Shown here: in pieces, positions 49,941-61,200 of the stretch
How the letters are laid out: every line of letters begins with the position of its first letter
Numbering within the stretch: position 1 is the first letter of the stretch
Assembly (NCBI RefSeq): GCF_030144855.1
Contig: NC_082731.1
Coordinates: forward strand, 22,320,001-22,384,000
Length of the DNA: 64,000 bases
DNA from: Hypanus sabinus
Taxonomy: Eukaryota
Direction of reading: 5' to 3'
Notes under the pieces: model-generated
The model's input: the letters and a program-made list of their open reading frames with translations, nothing else
Database searches by the model: none
What the model was told of the DNA's origin: nothing
Position numbers and translations under genes: made by a program

Positions 49941-50480
49941 AGAATCTCAGAATCTCAGAATCTTTTCGATCCACTTACCAGCCACTGAAGTAAGTCTCAC
50001 TGGTCCATAATTTCCTCGGCTATCCCTACTCCCTTTCTTGAATAAGGGAAAACATCAGCAACCGTCGAATCCTCCGGAACATCTTCGTCCTATTGATGAC
50101 GCAAAGATAATCGCCAGAGGCTGCGCAATCTCCTCCCTCGCTTACTGCTGCAGCAGTGATACCCCCGGTCCGGTCCCGGTGACTTAGTCAACTTGATTCT
50201 CTCCAAAAATTCCAGCACAGCCTCTTTCTTAATATCTACGTGATCAAGCTTTTCAGTCCGCTGCATGTCATCCCCGCCATCGTCAAAATACTCAAAGTGA
50301 AAATTTAGAGGCAATGTATTCACCTCTGCCATCTCTTCCGGTTCCATACACACTTTTCCTCTATCCTACTTGAATTGTCCTATTATTTCACGTATTATCA
50401 TCTTGCTCTTCACATACTTGTGGAATTCGTTGCGGTTTTCCTGACACCTAATTGGAAAGGTCATCTGATATATCATATTT
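49940..50480 (-). mobile_element. CR1 fragment (EN-RT linker and start of RT)
   Basis: EEMAEVN..YF...EAVLEFLERIKLTKSPGPD. The first 150 bp or so match 32130-32287. Confidence 0.75.
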
Positions 50481-51100
50481 TTTATAGTCTAGTCACACAG
50501 ACGTCCATCGACAATTTTCACTCAATATTCTGCGCTTCGACTCGTTCCTGCAAATCTCAGCTGAACAGTCGTTCGGTCCTCTGTGCCTTGAACACAAAAC
50601 ATAGCTGCAGAATCTCATCAAATTTTAACGAAACTCAGAGCTGCAAATTTCCTGAGCGCACATCATAATACGAAGTTGGAAAAGAAGAGATTGATTAAAA
50701 AGTAGCAGTGAATGGTGGAAAATAATTACTTCAGAATGAGCAAAGCTTCCGACTGAGCACTGCTGGTGCTATTGGATGTTGAAAATAAAGATGGCTGCAA
50801 ATGTATTGAACCCACACTACAACAACTTGTCGCTGCAGCATTATATTGTGTTTCTATCTCTGTCTCATTTATTCAACAGGCTGCTGGGCAAGGTGATCAG
50901 CATTTCTACTCCAAAAGATTGTTACTGGGGGAGCCAAATTGGAGATTCAAGAATCTCCATGTAGAACCACCTGCAGGAGTTCCTGATGATAACGTCACTT
51001 TTCGGTAAGTATATCTATCCCAGTACATTTCAAACATTTCTTGAATGTCAACGATAGCATTATTTTGTTACTCATGAAATATCTTTGAGTAAGTTACGAG

Positions 51101-52380
51101 CAGCCTAGCAGAAATGTGGTCGTTTTTTTCCACTCTTTCCCTCCTATCCATCTGGACACATATGTCCTTCCATCGTTCCGTGTCATCGTTATGAGCCGTT
51201 GCTCATCAGCGAATATGAAGTCGCTGTCTGCAGACTTCGAAAAAATTTCTGACTAGATGTCATTAACAGACTCCCATATGTTTATCCTGCCTGCTACCTT
51301 TTCAAATATTTGAAGAGTATTATTTGGACAATAAATACGCTCAGATAAACCACGATCTCCTTTTGCATAATTCATCAGGAGCCTACAAACACGTTGATGC
51401 TTCTTTCTTAAGAAGTAAGTAAGGCAATATTAGAGACAGATCTGATATATTTTTTTCTCGATTAGTCAACAGCATTCAAGACAATCTGCTCCATTCTTTT
51501 AGTGAAATGCAGAACGACGAGAAAACTAATATAACACCTAAATGCAGATTGTAAACAACCGATAGAATTTCATACGTTTATTGGTATCGTCAGTGCTCCG
51601 GCAAGCATCCGGATTATCTGTCTCATATTGCTTCAGGGTTGTTGTACCCCGTTGACTTTTTTCAAAGCCCGAAAATCTTATTTGCTGCATATGTTGAGAC
51701 GAATTTTGTAAATGTTGATATTGTATTTGTTGTCCATGTTACAGACTCGACATGCAGTTTCCCGATTAGGGAATCGTGCCGGTAAACTCCAAAGTCACGT
51801 TTCACCTCCCGTTTCTAAATTTTCCGCGGTTCAGAAACTAGTTTACTCCATTATTCCCTTTACCTCTGTACATGGACATACATCTTCTGCCTATGTTACC
51901 TCTGTGCTCGTTTTCTCTGCAACGTTAACATTGACCTCCCTTCGAATTATTTTCTGTTTCGTCTGCCAGATTAGCCATTGAGCTTTGAACTCCATTTTCA
52001 TGCTCATTGACAGACACGGGGATAAAGAGATCACAAAACCGGCCCCGAGAAGCAACAGTAGTGGCCAACAGCTTCGCAGAAATGTAGGCGTTTATTTCCA
52101 CTCTTTGCCTCCAATCCATCAGGACGCTTATGGTCCTTCCATCCTTTCGTGTCATCGTTATGAACCGTTGTTCATCAGCGAATATGAAGCCGTTGTCAGC
52201 AGACTTCCAAAAATGTTCTGACTAAACTTCATTAACAGACTCCCATATGCTTATCCTGCGTGTTACCTTCTCAAATGTTTCAATAATATTATTTGGACAA
52301 TACATACGCTCAGTTAAACCACGATCACCATTTGCCTAATTCATCAGGAGCCTCCAAACACATCGATGCTTCTTCCTTAA
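51101..52380 (-). repeat. Two copies of a ~310-bp decayed CR1 RT fragment (51101-51411 and 52069-52380)
   Basis: Direct repeat, about 85% identical in a 110-bp hand alignment. Minus strand resembles NLLETFEKVTRR..ESV..V..DF.K..D...DWRQRVEIN. Confidence 0.7.
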
Positions 52381-55300
52381 CAACAGCACCTCAGAAATTG
52401 CTTACCATTGAATAATGTCTAACTGGCTTATTTTTTCTTCGTGTTTTTTTTTTTTTTTTGCCACCTTCTTTTTCAATCAACAGAGCGACAGCTGTAAATC
52501 TACGGGTCTTCGTCTCTCTCCCTAAAAAAAGGCAAAATATGTCTCCCCGTTTCACAGCAAATGGGGAGATCAACGCAGAACTCGCTGATATGCGATGTTA
52601 AAAATCTGTTGCGTTGCATTTTCCGTGCTATGACTTCAGAGATTCAGCCCTAAGATACTCATTTATGGACACATAGCCGGCAGCTAACACACTGCTCCCG
52701 ATGTTTCCTGTTCTCCCGCGACGCCTCAGTTAGGGCCAACGGTCTTCAGAGCAACACAAATCAGACACCCTGTATGCTTGCAAGCCTTCGATGTAGTCTC
52801 TATGTGAAATAAAGAACGCCAGTCGTGATGCATCGCAAAAAAGAATGTAGTTCGGATTGTAACTCCAGATTAGGGTCTTCAAAATAAACTTGGAAAGGAT
52901 AAAAAAAAACGAGATAACAAAGTTAGAAATAGAGCTCTTCCCGATTCGCAAGCAAAGGAGTCGGTTTTTACCGTCAATTTGACATTGCTCCACCTTCCTT
53001 ATGCAAACTAACTGCTACGGTTTCATTGACCTTATGTTCCCTGAGCAAATGTATTTCAAATCACAACATCCAATCCAGTTTCCCTTTTCTCGTGTGTTCA
53101 ACGAGAATCGGATCTAAACTTTCTATATCATTGGCATGCTACAAATTTCATCCGGCACCCGCCTGTTCTATCAATCTTCATGAATTCTGAGATCAGACTT
53201 GAAAATCGTAGCATTGCCTTATTTTACGCAATTACGGTTGTAGTTCGTACTGGATATTTGGTCAACTGTTTGGATGTCTGCAAACATCTTCCAAAGTTGT
53301 TTCTTTCTTTTATCCGTGTACATTTTATTTTATTCTCTACCTGATAGCATTCATACCATATCTAACATGTTCTCAGGAGTTGCTTTTAACAGAGATCTAT
53401 CGTTGCTGCTGTTAGGAAACATGAATAAAATGAATTAGATGCCTATACACAGAATTACCCCTGCAAAATGAGTAGAATTTTACGAACGCTTTTCTCCGGG
53501 TCTTCTTTCCACTTACAGTTCCACTTACAGTTGCAAAGTGACGCACCATCATATCATAGATCGGGATTAGTTACATGTCAATTTAATCGCCGTACTGAGA
53601 GACACTTGCAGTGTCTTTAACAGCGTATTTTGATAGAGTGTTTGTGGTGAAAGCCTTTGACGATCTGGTCACTGCTAACGTCTAGTCCATTTTCAGAAAC
53701 AGTGAGACGGAATTATAATGATTAATTTTGTGACACTAGAACAAATTCCATGCAATTATCGTCTTTTTTTAATGCAATGATGAAGGGAAAACAATAGGTT
53801 ACCTGCAAACCATCAGGGAAGTTTTGATAAACCACGGACAGTAGATTTACTGTTCATTATAACGATCCGTGCAGCTCAGCAATGCAATGGCTTCTGTTTG
53901 ACATCTATTGAGAAGAGATATTCCTCTACGAAAAGAGGAACGGGGGCCTCAAGGTCGTATCAAAGAAGACAGTGTGGACGTAATAACAAGGTAATTGTTT
54001 ACAGCGTTATTTCACGTAATAGTTAACGCTACTGTCATTTACATTTTTTGCCACCGAAACAATTAAGATCATCCTGAAACAAAATAATAATGAAGCGCAG
54101 CAAGTAATAGAGTATTGGAACATTTTCTTCCAGGTAGTTTGCCATCTAGAGAAAGATAAGAACGACTCAAGGTTACTATTACTGTACCACCACGCGTTTC
54201 CACAGTACCCAAGTATTTCTGGTGAAGGGCTGTTAACTCCTTTCCGAAGCCCTTTGCTGCGGAATGCTCTAAGATGCTGGCGAGATATTAGTATGTAGCA
54301 GCCTCACGAGACTCTGGATTTGGGATTTACCTAACGTTATGTGGGTTTTCTGGTGTCGTCTGTTTTGTCTTGAGCTTTTGTGACATTATTCTGGAAGAAC
54401 GTTGTTTCGTTTCTTAACGGCATTGCAGTAGTGGTTTCTAAATGACAATAAACCTAAATTTATTTCAAGTTAGATTCGATTAACGGGTATGCAGAATAAA
54501 AAAAAAACCTTTACTTCGAGTATTGATAATCTGTGCTACGCACTCAATTGACGATCGTGAAAAGCGGATATCTACCTTCAAGGTGTTTGTCCATGACCGA
54601 GAACAGCATTACACAAAGAAATAGAATATATCCAGAGAAACGTGGTTATGAGATAGCGCTTCCGCAGCATGAAGCAAGCAGAGATACGAATAAAAAATTC
54701 TGCGTATAATCGTGTCCATTCCCTATCTCCTACTGAGGATATTCTGAGGACACACATTTAAATGCTTCAACATCACCAGACGAGAGTATATACTTTGAAA
54801 CGTCCCCATCATAGTTTTCCGCAACGCTGGTACAACAATTGACATTATTCTATTGTTGTATGTTATACAAATGGCTTAAAATGCGAAGTATGACATGTTC
54901 AGGATTCAGAAAAAGGCTAATGCACCGCCCTGGGTATGCTATTCGATATCATTGTCACCTGCTAATATTTCAATGTGTGGAGTGGCATTTTGCACTTACG
55001 TTACTTTTTGTTTCCTAGATAATGAATTATCTTTCGTGTAATCTCTGATTCGTTCACAGCATGATATGCAGAATGCGCCCCTATATACGTAGAAACATCT
55101 GCGCAATGCAATGTCTAATAATATGGAAGCAGATCAGTGTAAATAATGCGTATTTGACACGATGATTTTCGAAAAATCGATTTATTCATACATTTATACC
55201 TAGTCTAATGCCAAATGGTTGTGAACTTTCATAACAGAAAAATAAACAAAAAAAATAAAGTAGAAAATATTTTGCATCATCATCAGCTTATGTCTCAACA

Positions 55301-55752
55301 TTCAAGAGGAATTCTGTTCAATATTTAAGATCGCGCAATCTTGGTCAGAATAAGGATGCTAATCATCAGGCAGCTAAGGCCAGCAAGGTGTCTATGGCCC
55401 ATGTTTAACACTAGAAAAGACGTCCTCATTCTGAGACTAACTTCATCTTAAACAACATCATCAATATGGAACCTGAATTATATTTTCCTCTTCCAATCTA
55501 TCGACATGTTTTGCTTATTTTTTTCCTACGTTTTCTTTCTCTTCAGGTCATTCTCTTTATTATTGCATTACGACTTTAGAACATCCATTCCTTGAACGTT
55601 TTATTTTACATTATTTTTGAATGGAAAAAAAAAACATTAGGATGCCAAGAAAGAAATATAGTAAATCCAGCAGGTAGTTTTGCTTCTTAACGGCCGACCC
55701 GAATCTCCAAGGGCATTGTTCCATCATATAAACGTCAACTGATATCATTTTT

Positions 55753-56009
55753 GTGAACCATGGTCAAAGGTCTCCATAATTTGCACATTTAGAAAATAGT
55801 TTTTTGATTGGTTCATGATTGCCACACCTCGCTGTCGCGAAAAAAATTGTGATGGAAACGCTTGGCCAGTCATGTCAACGGTTCATCAACCATGTGGCTG
55901 CTTAGCACTGTCATTTAAGTGCATTTTCACAACATCATTTTCTGGCATTTATTACTACTCAGCCCTCAACACAGTTATCCCCCCAGCTCAAATCAGCACG
56001 TTTACAACC
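55753..56009 (+). pseudogene. Candidate heavily decayed Ig-superfamily V relic (copy 2), opposite orientation
   Basis: V-N-H-G-Q, a one-base slip, then one frame reading VSIICTFRK*FFDWF...SFSGIYYYSAL, ending 2 nt before CACAGTT (55970-55976). The C-to-C spacing of 58 aa is short and the nonamer is weak. Tentative. Confidence 0.33.
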
Positions 56010-56234
56010 TGGGTCTCTATATTTCACTCTGCTACCAGAGTTAAAATGCACAGTGGGAGACAACGGTGTCTGAAAACAGACATAGAAACTAGCTTCAGAG
56101 TTGTCGTAGTAATAAGAAAATAAGAATAAATAATAGTAAAAATCTGAATTACAAAACAAAAGTAAGTTGTAATATAAATGTGTACACTTCAATCTAGACA
56201 ATTAGCAAGGTCTAAATTGTACAAGGTCACAATT

Positions 56235-56720
56235 TCTTCAATGCAGGAGAAAGCGAATCGAACACCCACAAGGTGATATACCGTTCAGGTTTCCTGGATA
56301 AATTAGCGGAAGCAGAACATTGAATTCAAATGGCCATGGAATGGACGTCGAAGGCACATAAAATAACTGTTCTATGCCAGCGGCTTTTGGTATAGCCTGT
56401 TGAAGGAAACCATTGAAATAAAACTAGACAACATTATATTTTTTTGTCAGAGACAAATGTCTCACTTTAACTAACAACTTAAATGCAATGATAAACATGG
56501 TGAGCACCAGAAATCAGTTTGCATGCGGTTTAACTTCAGGTGGGACGGACGACAGAGGAATATAGACCGCGGAGTAGACATGCTGATGCATTATCCCTGA
56601 CAAAGATGGTAGTGTTTGGGATCGAAACTTTGGCCAGAATCTATACCTGTAACGGGTTGGAAGCCCGAAGAAGGGACGTTCGTCATATATATTACGGAAA
56701 ACCACTGAATCCTGATGAGC
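56235..56720 (+). mobile_element. Penelope (Poseidon-like) relic, copy 2
   Basis: Paralog of 36095-36575. Confidence 0.7.
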
Positions 56721-58294
56721 TGGGTTTCTGAGCATTATTTTTCCACAGTATGTGACATTTGTGTGAAAAGCGATATTCGGGATAATGGTAGAAGCCGATA
56801 CGTTATGGATATTTAGAGGCAAAAAAAAGGACGTGAAGTTTTATGAAAAATACATGGAAGGCAATGTGAAACAGAAAAGGAGCGCAAAATATTTCGTTCA
56901 TGTCAGTGTCCTGTACTGTGTTAATGTTTCTTCCATTGTATATTGTGAACTCTGTAGTTTTTACCAGGGCAATGAACAAACATGCTGCTGAGTCATATTT
57001 AACGACTACATGGATTTCTGTCGCATCACCTAAACCACAGAGTGGACCCGCTAATCCAATGCACCAGCATTCTTTACAGGGTGTTCCTATCTTGCATTCG
57101 GCAAATCACTGGTGCAGGATTCAGGGTATAACTGACTCAGACCACATCCTATAATGTATTTCTCCATCCTGCAGTCGGTCCGTGGGAAGTAGCGAGCGGA
57201 CAATTGAATTAGCTTATATGTGTAATAGGACCGAAACCATACAGTAAGATACTGGATTTACCTGTGAAGCGATTCAGTAAATTAAGTCAGATGAGGGAAA
57301 TTAATTTTGACTCATGTCTGGTTCAGTAACTCAGAACAGGGAAACAACAACTGGAAGCTCTAGTAAGCAAGAAGTCACAAATGGAATTCGATAAACACTT
57401 GTCCAGAGAGCGGAAACAGATCATAGAGGATCTAATAATTGTATAATTGTCTGTAGTGGATTTATTTTGGTAAAATTCGAGTAGGAGCAGGAACGTATCA
57501 TCAAAAAAAATTGCAAACGTAGTAGTTCTGTTGTTCAGAACGGGAAAGAAACACCGGTACACGCAGTGTTGTGGAATGCTTTAGGTGTCGAAAAAAAAAA
57601 TAAATTCACTGCAAAAATTCGTCACTATAAAGAAACGACAGCTTTAACGGCACATTAACAATTTCCCTTAGCCCAATGCAGCCGAAAACACACTTTGGAG
57701 CTCTGAATAACGGCTGGTATTGCCGGCTTAATCGTTTATGGGTATTGCGGATTCAATTACAGCAGCTGCAAGTTTCTATTTATTGCCAACATTGCCAATG
57801 GTCTTTGAGAATTCCTAAAGTGAAAAAAAAACGTATTGCTTGAATGTGATCCTGATCCCTCATGACAATGAACGAAATCATTACTGTATTATACGGTGAA
57901 ATGTAATTGATAGACATAACTCGAATGTGGACATCGCTGAGAGATAGGATGCAAAAACAGAAGTTGTTCTATGTCAGAATGTCAGCTGGAGCAGCTTTCG
58001 TGTACTTAAATACATGGCTTAGATGGTAGTTTAATTTAGATGTTCAATATTATTGACAAAATATGCCTTTCAACAATCCGGTTGGTTAAGGTAGAAGGCT
58101 CTAATCAGGTTCGGCTCTATGCTGAGCCAAGATGGAACACAGGATCTTTCCTCCGGTTCGAACTCATTCTAATTCACCGAAAAATACAGCCACGGACTAT
58201 AAGAGAGATCTGAAACCGTTATGAATTAAGATTCATAAGGTTTATCATTTAATTGTATATAGTGTACTGTATGATATTTATCATTGTGGGTTTG

Positions 58295-61200
58295 TGAACG
58301 GGAATGCATTACACAGCATCCACTGTAACTTAAGTAACTTGTACGGTGGGGAAAGCTGATTCCTCTGGATGAACGTGCACGGCAATCCCGCTGGGTCATA
58401 TTTGTGGGAGCTACGTCCTGGATTTGATTCCGTTGGATGTTGTGTGATCGCCCAGTTTAAATTAGTGCCGATATGGATGCTGCTGGGGTCGAACGTTGGT
58501 GTGCATTTGCAGGATTACCGGTAATTAATGCGTGCGTGTTGAATGGGGAGGATATTCGGAGCCGGATGAATTGTTAATTGGACATTTGAGTATGGTTAAA
58601 GCTGTCTGCAAATTCAATTCGTATTGCGAAAGATTAATAACACGGCGAGCTCAGATGTGGTTTTACTTCTGAGTCGCGCTGACCTAAGTTCACGGTGGGA
58701 GTGCCAGAGTCTATTGGTTACTCAGGAAAAGCGTGACAATGGCGTGTTCTTACTGTCAGGGAGGGGGGAAACGGAGCTCACCGGGTTGCGGCACGAGCTG
58801 CGTAACTAGCAGTAGAGGGGGGAGATTTTAGAGAACGGGTTCTTTCATTTCTGAGGGATGAGGGGAAAGAGTGATCTGATTTGGAAAAAAATGATTAGTT
58901 CCCGTCCCCCAGTGCAGGGTGAGAGTTCTGAGTTGCCTTCCGCGCTTCCCTCAATGGCATCTGAGGCAAAGGATACCCGCCAGAAGAAAACTTTTTTTTT
59001 TTTTTTTGTGGAACAACGCCTACACCCAAGGGGGAGGAGGATCATGAAACGTGGGTGGAGCTCACCTCTCAATTGTTAGGTCAGTGGCAGTGCTCTGATG
59101 ATGACAAGCGACGGAGATTGTTTGAAACTTTGTGGCGGTTGGCGGCTGAGGTAGTAAGAGGTGGGAACGTTAACCAGCCCTCTGCCTCTCTTGCTGAATA
59201 TCTGGAAGTCTTGAAAGGCGCTTTTTGTCTGATCGAGAGCTGAAGGGAACTCCTGAGAGAGAGTTTAAAAACGTGCATCCGGAGAAGTGGGAGAAAGTTG
59301 CCGCGTACCTGTTTCGGCTGAGAGTCGGCTACATTGTTTGCGGCTCCGTGGGGTCATTCGAGCTACTGAGGTGGATCAGTTAAGGACGGATCAGGTCGCT
59401 CGGGGCGACTAGGCCCAGGGGAGTATTGCTTGTAGTCACCGGCAGTCCCGTAAAACGCGCCCATCTCTTTTGTTTGTTCAGCTGATGAGAGGGTGCGGGA
59501 GGATGAGAACACGTTGGGGCCGCGAGAGGAATATGTCAGCAGGATGCAGTCCGCGGTCATAGACTCTTGGAGTGAATTGACAGAGACTAGCTCAACCCGG
59601 AATGTGGTAAAGCAGATGGTGACATAGCTGAGAACTGAAAGGTCACTGGTGCTCATTGGGGGACTGGACCCTTCGTCTGATAGGACAGGTAGATAGCTCC
59701 GCCCCACTCCCCACACCCCAAGCGACGGAACGCGCAGAAGTTTGGGTGTGGCCGTGATTCCGCGAGACGAGCGGAGGTCTGTAGGATGTGCTATAACTGA
59801 GGGAACAGGGACTCTTCTGGCGGAACGTGAGGGGCAGGAAGCCCTCAGGTATCCAAGAAGGAGAGGTGACGGGAGACTCAGAGGAGACCCAATGAGAGAA
59901 CGGCCTGGTGTCACTGGGGAAACACATTGCCAGCAATGTACCAAGGAAACCCCAAAAGCAAAATAACCTACCCCTGAAAGATTGGCGGGACAACGCTTCA
60001 ACGTGTCACTTCGGATAGAGGGAATCTACGCTAAAGCCTTTCTCGATACCGGGTCAAGTTACTGTACAGTTGGTTCTACAACTAGTATCAGAAATATTTT
60101 CCCTTGACCGCATAGAGTGTGCTGGAGATTTGGGGTATCAGTGCCTGTTATTATCCGTACGAGGGTTATTTGTAGCTGAAACTGGATTTTCTCGGAGTCC
60201 GATTAAGGTGTGTCTGATGTTCATGAGACCTGAGTTCTGGTCTGCCCGGAGATAGGTGAGAAAGTTTAGACAGTTGGTGATGTAGTTCTGGTCGGGACCA
60301 ACAACCGCCTTGCAAAAAGTCTCAAGGGGACCTGCAAGGAGAAGGCGGGTGAGAGCTATTCGGGGACCTTACCTGTGCACCTAGTGTTTGCAACTCCTTT
60401 TGAATAAGTGCGTGGCCCCACTGGGGGAAAACGAATTTAAACGAAGGACTGTGTGGTGCACACAGTCGAAAGCTACGGTGATGCGGCAAGGGGAATATCG
60501 CAAAAGCAATAGGAACTCCACGATTTCCCGGAGTGTCTGAGGGCGAAGCCCTCTTAGTGAACGGCTCGATGTTCTCGAGGTGGAGACCCGATCACCGGCT
60601 GTGGTGCCGGTGAGGCCCGAATTTCTGTGGCTCTCAGTTGTACTGGCGAGCAGGATGGTGGTGATCAACAACAGCACTACGAAGAGGGAGGTCAACTGTA
60701 AGAAAGCGATACCTCTGGCACATTTGTTCCCGGTGACTGTGAAGTCTAGTACCAACTTGAGGCCCGCTGAGGAGCAACTATTGGAAGAAAAAGGGAAACC
60801 CGATCGCTGAATTTAAATTCGGGGACTTTCCGATGCAACTGACTGGTAAAGAAGGCTGGTAGCGAAGATGTTGAAGCTGGAAGGTGTCTTTTCCATTGGT
60901 GAGTTTAATGTGGGTTGTTCCAAGAGCACTCATCATACCATCCGGGTGACCATGGTGATCCCGTTTGGAGAGAGGTTGCGGCGACTTGCCCCTGAAGAAG
61001 TGGAACACGTGCGGCAGAATTTATGCAAGTTGAAGGAAGCTGGGATCAACATTTTTGTCCCGATCCCCCTATGCGTCAGCAGTAGTAATGGCCCTGAAGA
61101 AGAACAGGAAGGTACGCATGCGTGTTGACTATAGGACTCTGAAAAGGCTCACCGTCTCTGACCAACGTACAGTCCAGAGGGTAAAGGACGCTCTGGCCTG

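Noticed and set aside
59363-60001. 212-aa minus-strand ORF, and 63528..63914
   Set aside because: Antisense to Gypsy gag/pol, with no recognisable domain.
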